Under the pieces are notes generated by a model. It did not search any database. It was not told the DNA's origin and was given only the letters and a program-made list of their open reading frames with translations. From NCBI RefSeq assembly GCF_009914755.1, contig NC_060946.1: DNA of 64,000 nucleotides. One strand, written 5' to 3'. Shown piece by piece: positions 25,501-37,800 of this stretch; position 1 is the first letter of the stretch; the number at the start of each line of letters is the position of its first letter. Both the position numbers and the translations under genes were made by a program. This DNA comes from the human T2T-CHM13v2.0 reference genome, Homo sapiens.

Positions 25501-27593
25501 TACACGGCATTGTGACATATCACTGCACTGATCACCCAGGCGATATAACTCTTCTCTAGGATCTGACCACAGGGTGCTTTGTGACATATCCCTGCAATGA
25601 TCACCCAGGTGATATACCACTTGCCAAGGCTCTGCCTACAGGGGCATTGCAATGTATCTCTGCACTGATCACCTAGGTCTTGTAGCTATTTTCTAGGATC
25701 TGCCTACAGGGTGCTTTGTGACGTGTCCCAGCAAGGATTACCCAGGTGATGTACCTCTCATCAAGGCTCTGCCTACAGGCACATTGTGATGTATCTCTGC
25801 ACTGATCACCTAGGTCATGTAAATTTTGTCTAGGCTCTACCTACGATGGCATTGTGACATATCTCTGCACTAATCATCCAAGTGATGTAACTCTTGTCTA
25901 GGATGTGCCTAAATTAACTTTTTGACATAACCCTGTACTGATCATCCAGGTGATGGAGCTTTTGTCTAGGCTCTGCCTTAGGGGGCATTGTGACATATTT
26001 CTGCATTGATCACCCAGGTGGCGAACTCTTCTCTCGGATCTGCCTATGGGGGCATTGTGAGAAATGTCTGCACTGATCACCCAGGTGATGTAACTGTTGT
26101 GTAACCTCTGCCTACAGGGGAATTGTGAGAGATCTCGCCACTGATTACCCAAGTGATGTAACCATTGTCTAGGCTTTGCGTACAGGGGGCTTTGTGACAT
26201 ACCTTTGCACTGATCACCCAGGTGATGTAACACATCTAAGTTCGGCCTAAAGGAGCTTTGTGACATATCTCTGCACTGATCGCTTAGGTGATGTAACACT
26301 TTTATAATCACTGCCTACCGGGAATTTTGACAAATCTCTGCACTGATCACCTAGGTGATGTAACTCTTGTCTACCCTGTGTCCAACGGGGCATTGTGAAA
26401 TATCTCTGCACTGATCACCCAGGTGATTCAACTCTTGACTAGGAACTGCCTAAAGAGATTATTGTGAAATATCTCTGCACTGATAAACTAGGTGGTGTAA
26501 ACCTTGTCCAAGCTCTACCTACAGGGGCGTTTCCACATATCCCTGAACGGATGACAGAGGTGATGTAACTCTTGCCTAGGCTTTGCCTACAGGGAACATT
26601 GGACATATATCTGCACTGATCACCCAGGTGATGCAACTCTTGCCTAGGCTTTGCCTATAGGGGACATTGTGACATATCTCTTCAATGATCACTCATGTGA
26701 TGCATCACTTGCCAAGGCTTTGCCTACAGGGGACATTGTGACATATCTCTGCACCGATCTCCCAGGTGCTGTAACTTTAGTCTAGGCTCTGGCTACACGG
26801 CATTGTGACATATCACTGCACTGATCAACCAGGTGATATAACTCTTGTATAGGCTCTGCCTACAGGGGGATTGTGACCTACCTCTGAACTGATCACCCAG
26901 GTGATGTAACTCTTCTCTAGGATCTTCCTACAGGGTACATTGTGACATATCCCTGCACTGATCACCCAGGTGATCTATCTCTGGTCTAAGCTCTGCCTAA
27001 AGGGGCATTGTGACAGATCTCTGCACTGATCACTCAGGTGATGTAAGTATTGTCTAGGCTCTGCTTCAAGGGGCCTTGTCACATATCTCTGCACTGATCA
27101 CCCAGGTGATGTAACTCTTGTCTAGGCTCTGCTTCCAGGGCATATTGTGACATATCTATGCACTGATCACCTTAGTGATGTAACACTTTGGTAGGCTCGG
27201 CCTACAGGGGAATCTTGACATATCTCTGCACTGTTAACCGAGGTGATTTAACACTTGTCGAGGCTGTGCCCACAGGGGGATTGAGACATATCTCTGCACT
27301 GATCCCGAGGTGATACAACTCTTCCCTGGTCTCTGCCTACTGTGGACATTGTGACATATCTCTGCACTGATCTCCCAGGTGCTGTAACTTTAGTCTAGGC
27401 TCTGGCTACACGGCATTGTGACATATCACTGCACTGATCACCCAGGCGATATAACTCTTCTCTAGGATCTGACCACAGGGTGCTTTGTGACATATCCCTG
27501 CAATGATCACCCAGGTGATATACCACTTGCCAAGGCTCTGCCTACAGGGGCATTGCAATGTATCTCTGCACTGATCACCTAGGTCTTGTAGCT
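16557..27593 (+). repeat. Older tandem duplication of 3 HORs (period 5718 bp; second copy shortened by 613 bp)
   Basis: ORF variants pair at 16981/22699, 17522/23240 and 18887/24605 (offset 5718), then 20793/25898 and 21334/26439 (offset 5105 = 5718-613). The left boundary is approximate. Confidence 0.87.
25322..26614 (+). repeat. 19-monomer HOR deletion variant (1293 bp), copy 1
   Basis: Anchors 24605 and 25898 are 1293 apart. The m3/m12 monomer (25460-25526) is followed directly by m13 (CCAGGCGATATAAC). Confidence 0.93.
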
Positions 27594-30500
27594 ATTTTCT
27601 AGGATCTGCCTACAGGGTGCTTTGTGACGTGTCCCAGCAAGGATTACCCAGGTGATGTACCTCTCATCAAGGCTCTGCCTACAGGCACATTGTGATGTAT
27701 CTCTGCACTGATCACCTAGGTCATGTAAATTTTGTCTAGGCTCTACCTACGATGGCATTGTGACATATCTCTGCACTAATCATCCAAGTGATGTAACTCT
27801 TGTCTAGGATGTGCCTAAATTAACTTTTTGACATAACCCTGTACTGATCATCCAGGTGATGGAGCTTTTGTCTAGGCTCTGCCTTAGGGGGCATTGTGAC
27901 ATATTTCTGCATTGATCACCCAGGTGGCGAACTCTTCTCTCGGATCTGCCTATTGGGGCATTGTGAGAAATCTCTGCACCGATCACCCAGGTGATGTAAC
28001 TGTTGTGTAACCTCTGCCTACAGGGGAATTGTGAGAGATCTCGCCACTGATTACCCAGGTGATGTAACCGTTGTCTTGGCTTTGCGTACAGGGGGCTTTC
28101 TGACATACCTTTGCACTGATCACCCAGGTGATGTAACACATCTAAGTTCGGCCTAAAGGAGCTTTGTGATATATCTCTGCACTGATCGCTTAGGTGATGT
28201 AACACTTTTATAATCACTGCCTACAGGGAATTTTGACAAATCTCTGCACTGATCACCTAGGTGATGTAACTCTTGTCTACCCTCTGTCCAACGGGGCATT
28301 GTGAAATATCTCTGCACTGATCACCCAGTTGATTCAACTCTTGACTAGGAACTGCCTACAGAGATTATTGTGAAATATCTCTGCACTGATAAACTAGGTG
28401 GTGTAACCCTTGTCCAAGCTCTACCTACAGGGGCGTATCCACATATCCCTGAACGGATGACAGAGGTGATGTAACTCTTGCCTAGGCTTTGCCTACAGGG
28501 AACATTGGACATATATCTGCACTGATCACCCAGGTGATGCAACTCTTGCCTAGGCTTTGCCTACAGGGGACATTGTGACATATCTCTTCAATGATCACTC
28601 ATGTGATGCATCACTTGCCTAGGCTTTGCCTACAGGGGACATTGTGACATATCTCTGCACCGATCTCCCAGGTGCTGTAACTTTAGTCTAGGCTCTGGCT
28701 ACACGGCATTGTGACATATCACTGCACTGATCAACCAGGTGATATAACTCTTGTATAGGCTCTGCCTACAGGGGGATTGTGACCTACTTCTGAACTGATC
28801 ACCCAGGTGATATAACTCTTCTCTAGGATCTTCCTACAGGGTACATTGTGACATATCCCTGCACTGATCACCCAGGTGATCTATCTCTGGTCTAAGCTCT
28901 GCCTAAAGGGGCATTGTGACAGATCTCTGCACTGATCACTCAGGTGATGTAAGTATTGTCTAGGCTCTGCTTCAAGGGGCCTTGTCACATATCTCTGCAC
29001 TGATCACCCAGGTGATGTAACTATTGTCTAGGCTCTGCTTCCAGGGCATATTGTGACATATCTATGCACTGATCACCTTAGTGATGTAACACTTTGGTAG
29101 GCTCGGCCTACAGGGGAATCTTGACATATCTCTGCACTGTTAACCGAGGTGATTTAACACTTGTCTAGGCTGTGCCCACAGGGGGATTGAGACATATCTC
29201 TGCACTGATCCCGAGGTGATACAACTCTTGCCTGGTCTCTGCCTACTGTGGACATTGTGACATATCTCTGCACTGATCTCCCAGGTGCTGTAACTTTAGT
29301 CTAGGCTCTGGCTACACGGCATTTTGACATATCACTGCACTGATCACCCAGGCGATATAACTCTTCTCTAGGATCTGACCACAGGGTGCTTTGTGACATA
29401 ACCCTGCCATGATCACCCAGGTGATATACCACTTGCCAAGGCTCTGCCTACAGGGGCATTGCAATGTATCTCTGCACTGATCACCTAGGTCTTGTAGATA
29501 TTTTCTAGGATCTGCCTACAGGGTGCTTTGTGACGTGTCCCAGCAAGGATTACCCAGGTGATGTACCTCTCATCAAGGCTCTGCCTACAGGCACATTGTG
29601 ATGTATCTCTGCACTGATCACCTAGGTCATGTAACTTTTTTCTGGGCTCTACCTACGATGGCATTGTGACATATCTCTGCACTAATCATCCAAGTGATGT
29701 AACTCTTGTCTAGGATGTGCCTAAATTAACTTTTTGACATAACCCTGTACTGATCATCCAGGTGATGGAGCTTTTGTCTAGGCGCTGCCTAAGGGGGCAT
29801 TGTGACATATTTCTGCATTGATCACCCAGGTGGCGAACTCTTCTCTCGGATCTCCCTATGGGGGCATTGTGAGAAGTCCCTGCACTGATGACCCAGGTGA
29901 TGTAACTGTTGTGTAACCTCTGCCTACAGGGGAATTGTGAGAGATCTCGCCACTGATTACCCAAGTGATGTAACCGTTGTCTAGGATTTTGGTACAGGGG
30001 GCTTTGTGACATACCTTTGCACTGATCACCCAGGTGATGTAACACATCTAAGTTCGGCCTAAAGGAGCTTTGTGACATATCTCTGCACTGATCGCTTAGG
30101 TGATGTAACACTTTTATAATCACTGCCTACAGGGAATTTTGACAAATCTCTGCACTGATCACCTAGGTGATGTACCTCTTGTCTACCCTCTGTCCAATGG
30201 GGCATTGTGAAATATCTCTGCACTGATCACCCAGGTGATTCAACTCTTGACTAGGAACTGCCTACAGAGGTTATTGTGAAATATCTCTGCACTGATAAAC
30301 TAGGTGGTGTAACCGTTGTCCAAGCTCTGCCTACAGGGGCGTTTCCACATATCCCTGAACTGATGACAGAGGTGATGTAACTCTTGCCTAGGCTTTGCCT
30401 ACAGGGAACATTGGACATATATCTGCACTGATCACCCAGGTGATGCAACTCTTGCCTAGGCTTTGCCTACAAGGGACATTGTGACATATCTCTTCAATGA

Positions 30501-30867
30501 TCACTCATGTGATGCATCTCTTGCCTAGGCTTTGCCTACAGGGGACATTGTGACTTATCTCTGCACCGATCTCCCATGTGCTGTAACTTTAGTATAGGCT
30601 CTGGCTACACGGCATTGTGACATATCACTGCACTGATCAACCAGGTGATATAACTCTTGTATAGGCTCTGCCTACAGGCGGATTGTGACCTACCTCTGCA
30701 CTGATCACCCAGGTGATATAACTCTTCTCTAGGATCTTCCTACAGGGTACTTTGTGACATATCCCTGCACTGATCACCCAGGTGATCTATCTCTGGTCTA
30801 AGCTCTGCCTAAAGGGGCATTGTGACAGATCTCTGCACTGATCACTCAGGTGATGGAAGTATTGTCC

Positions 30868-33800
30868 AGGCTCTGCTTCAAGGGGCCTTGTCACATATCT
30901 CTGCACTGATCACCCAGGTGATGTAACTCTTGTCTAGGCTCTGCTTCCAGGGCATATTGTGACATATCTATGCACTGATCACCTTAGTGATGTAACACTT
31001 TGGTAGGCTCGGCCTACAGGGGAATCTTCACATATCTCTGCACTGTTAACCGAGGTGATTTAACTCTTGTCTAGGCTGTGCCCACAGTGGGATTGAGACA
31101 TATCTCTGCACTGATCCCGAGGTGATACAACTCTTGCCTGGTCTCTGCCTACTGTGGACATTGTGACATATCTCTGCACTGATCTCCCAGGTGCTGTAAC
31201 TTTAGTCTAGGCTCTGGCTACACGGCATTGTGACATATCACTGCACTGATCACCCAGGCGATATAACTCTTCTCTAGGATCTGACCACAGGGTGCTTTGT
31301 GACATATCCCTGCAATGATCACCCAGGTGATATACCACTTGCCAAGGCTCTGCCTACAGGGGCATTGCAATGTATCTCTGCACTGATCACCTAGGTCTTG
31401 TAGCTATTTTCTAGGATCTGCCTACAGGGTGCTTTGTGACGTGTCCCAGCAAAGATTACCCAGGTGATGTACCTCTCATCAAGGCTCTGCCTACAGGCAC
31501 ATTGTGATGTATCTCTGCACTGATCACCTAGGTCATGTAAATTTTGTCTAGGCTCTACCTACGATGGCATTGTGACATATCTCTGCACTAATCATCCAAG
31601 TGATGTAACTCTTGTTTAGGATGTGCCTAAATTAACTTTTTGACATAACCCTGTACTGATCATCCAGGTGATGGAGCTTTTGTCTAGGCTCTGCCTAAGG
31701 GGGCATTGTGACATATTTCTGCATTGATCCCCCAGGTGGCGAACCCTTCTCGCGGATCTCCCCATGGGGGCATTGTGAGAAATCTCTGCACTGATCACCC
31801 AGGTGATGTAACTGTTGTGTAACCTCTGCCTACAGGGGAATTGTGAGAGATCTCGCCACTGATTACCCAAGTGATGTAACCGTTGTCTAGGATTTTCATA
31901 CAGGGGGCTTTGTGACATACCTTTGCACTGATCACCCAGGTGATGTAACACATCTAAGTTCGGCCTAAAGGAGCTTTGTGACATATCTCTGCACTGATCG
32001 CTTAGGTGATGTACCACTTTTATAATCACTGCCTACAGGGAATTTTGACAAATCTCTGCACTGATCACCTAGGTGATGTAACTCTTGTCTACCCTCTGTC
32101 CAATGGGGCATTGTGAAATATCTCTGCACTGATCACCCAGGTGATTCAACTCTTGACTAGGAACTGCCTACAGAGGTTATTGTGAAATATCTCTGCACTG
32201 ATAAACTAGGTGGTGTAACCGTTGTCCAAGCTCTGCCTACAGGGGCGTTTCCACATATCCCTGAACTGATGACAGAGGTGATGTAACTCTTGCCTAGGCT
32301 TTGCCTACAGGGAACATTGGACATATATCTGCACTGATCACCCAGGTGATGCAACTCTTGCCTAGGCTTTGCCTACAGGGGACATTGTGACATATCTCTT
32401 CAATGATCACTCATGTGATGCATCTCTTGCCTAGGCTTTGCCTACAGGGGACATTGTGACATATCTCTGCACCGATCTCCCAGGTGCTGTAACTTTAGTC
32501 TAGGCTCTGGCTACACGGCATTGTGACATATCACTGTACTGATCAACCAGGTGATATAACTCTTGTATAGGCTCTGCCTATAGGGGGATTGTGACCTACC
32601 TCTGCACTGATCAACCAGGTGATATAACTCTTCTCTAGGATCTTCCTACAGGGTACTTTGTGACATATCCCTGCACTGATCACCCAGGTGATCTATCTCT
32701 GGTCTAAGCTCTGCCTAAAGGGGCATTGTGACAGATCTCTGCACTGATCACTCAGGTGATGTAAGTATTGTCTAGGCTCTGCTTCAAGGGGCCTTGTCAC
32801 ATATCTCTGCACTGATCACCCAGGTGATGTAACTCTTGTCTAGGCTCTGCTTCCAGGGCATATTGTGACATATCTATGCACTGATCACCTTAGTGATGTA
32901 ACACTTTGGTAGGCTCGGCCTACAGGGGAATCTTCACATATCTCTGCACTGTTAACCGAGGTGATTTAACTCTTGTCTAGGCTGTGCCCACAGTGGGATT
33001 GAGACATATCTCTGCACTGATCCCGAGGTGATACAACTCTTGCCTGGTCTCTGCCTACTGTGGACATTGTGACATATCTCTGCACTGATCTCCCAGGTGC
33101 TGTAACTTTAGTCTAGGCTCTGGCTACACGGCATTGTGACATATCACTGCACTGATCACCCAGGCGATATAACTCTTCTCTAGGATCTGACCACAGGGTG
33201 CTTTGTGACATATCCCTGCAATGATCACCCAGGTGATATACCACTTGCCAAGGCTCTGCCTACAGGGGCATTGCAATGTATCTCTGCACTGATCACCTAG
33301 GTCTTGTAGCTATTTTCTAGGATCTGCCTACAGGGTGCTTTGTGACGTGTCCCAGCAAAGATTACCCAGGTGATGTACCTCTCATCAAGGCTCTGCCTAC
33401 AGGCACATTGTGATGTATCTCTGCACTGATCACCTAGGTCATGTAAATTTTGTCTAGGCTCTACCTACGATGGCATTGTGACATATCTCTGCACTAATCA
33501 TCCAAGTGGTGTAACTCTTGTTTAGGATGTGCCTAAATTAACTTTTTGACATAACCCTGTACTGATCATCCAGGTGATGGAGCTTTTGTCTAGGCTCTGC
33601 CTAAGGGGGCATTGTGACATATTTCTGCATTGATCCCCCAGGTGGCGAACCCTTCTCGCGGATCTCCCCATGGGGGCATTGTGAGAAATCTCTGCACTGA
33701 TCACCCAGGTGATGTAACTGTTGTGTAACCTCTGCCTACAGGGGAATTGTGAGAGATCTCGCCACTGATTACCCAAGTGATGTAACCGTTGTCTAGGATT

Positions 33801-34840
33801 TTCATACAGGGGGCTTTGTGACATACCTTTGCACTGATCACCCAGGTGATGTAACACATCTAAGTTCGGCCTAAAGGAGCTTTGTGACATATCTCTGCAC
33901 TGATCGCTTAGGTGATGTACCACTTTTATAATCACTGCCTACAGGGAATTTTGACAAATCTCTGCACTGATCACCTAGGTGATGTAACTCTTGTCTACCC
34001 TCTGTCCAATGGGGCATTGTGAAATATCTCTGCACTGATCACCCAGGTGATTCTACTCTTGACTAGGAACTGCCTACAGAGGTTATTGTGAAATATCTCT
34101 GCACTGATAAACTAGGTGGTGTAACCGTTGTCCAAGCTCTGCCTACAGGGGCGTTTCCACATATCCCTGAACTGATGACAGAGGTGATGTAACTCTTGCC
34201 TAGGCTTTGCCTACAGGGAACATTGGACATATATCTGCACTGATCACCCAGGTGATGCAACTCTTGCCTAGGCTTTGCCTACAGGGGACATTGTGACATA
34301 TCTCTTCAATGATCACTCATGTGATGCATCTCTTGCCTAGGCTTTGCCTACAGGGGACATTGTGACATATCTCTGCACCGATCTCCCAGGTGCTGTAACT
34401 TTAGTCTAGGCTCTGGCTACACGGCATTGTGACATATCACTGTACTGATCAACCAGGTGATATAACTCTTGTATAGGCTCTGCCTATAGGGGGATTGTGA
34501 CCTACCTCTGCACTGATCAACCAGGTGATATAACTCTTCTCTAGGATCTTCCTACAGGGTACTTTGTGACATATCCCTGCACTGATCACCCAGGTGATCT
34601 ATCTCTGGTCTAAGCTCTGCCTAAAGGGGCATTGTGACAGATCTCTGCACTGATCACTCAGGTGATGTAAGTATTGTCTAGGCTCTGCTTCAAGGGGCCT
34701 TGTCACATATCTCTGCACTGATCACCCAGGTGATGTAACTCTTGTCTAGGCTCTGCTTCCAGGGCATATTGTGACATATCTATGCACTGATCACCTTAGT
34801 GATGTAACACTTTGGTAGGCTCGGCCTACAGGGGAATCTT
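30868..34840 (+). repeat. Single-HOR tandem duplication (period 1906), repeated at 47409-51381
   Basis: Identical ORF variants at 31616 and 33522. Shared private markers ATCTTCACA, CCCACAGTGG, GCAAAGATT, CTTGTTTAGG, AACCCTTCTCGCGGATCTCCCCATGG, GATGTACCAC. Confidence 0.87.
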
Positions 34841-37800
34841 GACATATCTCTGCACTGTTAACCGAGGTGATTTAACTCTTGTCTAGGCTGTGCCCACAGG
34901 GGGATTTAGACATATCTCTGCACTGATCCCGAGGTGATACAACTCTTGCCTGGTCTCTGCCTACTGTGGACATTGTGACATATCTCTGCACTGATCTCCC
35001 AGGTGCTGTAACTTTAGTCTAGGCTCTGGCTACACGGCATTGTGACATATCACTGCACTGAACACCCAGGCGATATAACTCTTCTCTAGGATCTGACCAC
35101 AGGGTGCTTTGTGACATATCCCTGCAATGATCACCCAGGTGATATACCACTTGCCAAGGCTCTGCCTACAGGGGCATTGCAATGTATCTCTGCACTGATC
35201 ACCTCGGTCTTGTAGCTATATTCTAGGATCTGCCTACAGGGTGCTTTGTGACGTGTCCCAGCAAGGATTACCCAGGTGATGTACCTCTCATCAAGGCTCT
35301 GCCTACAGGCACATTGTGATGTATCTCTGCACTGATCACCTAGGTCATGTAACTTTTTTCTAGGCTCTACCTAGGATGGCATTGTGACATATCTCTGCAC
35401 TAATCATCCAAGTGATGTAACTCTTGTCTAGCATGTACCTAAATTAACTTTTTGACATAACCCTGTACTGATCATCCAGGTGATGGAGCATTTGTCTAGT
35501 CTCTGCCTAAGGGGGCATTGTGACATATTTCTGCATTGATCCCCCAGGTGGTGCACTCTTCTCTCAGATCTGCCTATGGGGGCATTGTGAGAAATCTCTG
35601 CACTGATCACCCAGGTGATGTAACTGTTGTGTAACCTCTCCCTTCAGGGGAATTGTGAGAGATCTCGTCACAGATTACCCAAGTGATGTAACCGTTGTCT
35701 AGGCTTTGCGTACAACGGGCTTTGTGACATACCTTTGCACTGATCACCCAGGTGATGTAACACATCTAAGTTCGGCCTAAAGGAGCTTTGTGACATATCT
35801 CAGCACTGATCACTTAGGTGATGTGACACTTTTATAATCACTGCCTACAGGGAATTTTGACAAATCTCTGCACTGATCACCTAGGTGATGTAACTCTTGT
35901 CTACCCTCTGTCCAACGGGGCATTGTGAAATATCTCTGCACTGATCACCCAGGTGATTCAACTCTTGACTAGGAACTGCCTACAGAGGTTATTGTGAAAT
36001 ATCTCTGCACTGATAAACTAGGTGGTGTAAACCTTGTCCAAGCTCAGCCTACAGGGGCATTTCCACATATCCCTGAACTGATGACAAAGGTGATGTAACT
36101 CTTGCCTAGGCTTTGCCTACAGGGAACATCGGACATATATCTGCACTGATCACCCAGGTGATGCAACTCTTGCCTAGGATTTGCCTACAGGGGACATCGT
36201 GACATATCTCTTCAATGATCACTCATGTGATGCATCACTTGCCTAGGCTTTGCCTCCAGGGGACATTGTGACATATCTCTGCACTGATCTCCTAGGTGCT
36301 GTAACTTTAGTCTAGGCTCTGGCTACACGGCATTGTGACATATCACTGCACTGATCAACCAGGTGATATAACTCTTGTATAGGCTCTGCCTACAGGGGGA
36401 TTGTGAACTACCTCTGCACTGATCACCCAGGTGATATAACTCTTCTCTAGGATCTTCCTACAAGGTACTTTGTGACATATCCCTGCACTGATCACCCAGG
36501 TAATCTATCTCTGGTCTAAGCTCTGCCTAAAGGGGCATTGTGACAGATCTCTGCACTGATCACTCAGGTGATGTAAGTATTGTCTAGGCTCTGCTTCAAG
36601 GGGCCTTGTCACATATCTCTGCACTGATCACCCAGGTGATGTAACTCTTGTCTAGGCTCTGCTTCCAGGGCATATTGTGACATATGTATGCACCGATCAC
36701 CTTAGTGATGTAACACTTTGGTAGGCTCGGCCTACAGGGGAATCTTGACATATCTCTGCACTGTTAACCGAGGTGATTTAACACTTGTCTAGGCTGTGCC
36801 CACAGGGGGATTGAGACATATCTCTGCACTGATCCTGAGGTGGTACAACTCTTCCGTGGTCTCTGCCTACTGTGGACATTGTGACATATCTCTGCACTGG
36901 TCTCCCAGGTGCTGTAACTTTAGTCTAGGCTCTGGCTACACGGCATTGTGACATATCACTGCACTGATCACCCAGGCGATATAACTCTTCTCTAGGATCT
37001 GACCACAGGGTGCTTTGTGACATATCCCTGCAATGATCACCCAGGTGATATACCACTTGCCAAGGCTCTGCCTACAGGGGCATTGCAATGTATCTCTGCA
37101 CTGATCACCTAGGTCTTGTAGCTATTTTCTAGGATCTGCCTACAGGGTGCTTTGTGACGTGTCCCAGCAAGGATTACCCAGGTGATGTACCTCTCATCAA
37201 GGCTCTGCCTACAGGCACATTGTGATGTATCTCTGCACTGATCACCTAGGTCATGTAAATTTTGTCTAGGCTCTACCTACGATGGCATTGTGACATATCT
37301 CTGCACTAATCATCCAAGTGATGTAACTCTTGTCTAGGATGTGCCTAAATTAACTTTTTGACATAACCCTGTACTGATCATCCAGGTGATGGAGCTTTTG
37401 TCTAGGCTCTGCCTTAGGGGGCATTGTGACATATTTCTGCATTGATCACCCAGGTGGCGAACTCTTCTCTCGGATCTGCCTATGGGGGCATTGTGAGAAA
37501 TGTCTGCACTGATCACCCAGGTGATGTAACTGTTGTGTAACCTCTGCCTACAGGGGAATTGTGAGAGATCTCGCCACTGATTACCCAAGTGATGTAACCA
37601 TTGTCTAGGCTTTGCGTACAGGGGGCTTTGTGACATACCTTTGCACTGATCACCCAGGTGATGTAACACATCTAAGTTCGGCCTAAAGGAGCTTTGTGAT
37701 ATATCTCTGCACTGATCCCTTAGGTGATGTAACACTTTTATAATCACTGCCTACCGGGAATTTTGACAAATCTCTGCACTGATCACCTAGGTGATGTAAC

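Noticed and set aside
819-26614. 37-mer and 19-mer as reciprocal products of one crossover
   Set aside because: Both differ from the 28-mer by 613 bp, but the inserted block is lineage B (fused m7/8 plus Y) while the deleted block is lineage A m4-m12. They are independent events at the same repeat.
34915-35061. m12 as a hotspot for the in-register duplications too
   Set aside because: The 16.5-kb and 5.7-kb junction intervals overlap m12 but are 150-270 bp wide, and the single-HOR duplication breaks elsewhere. There are too few events to claim this.
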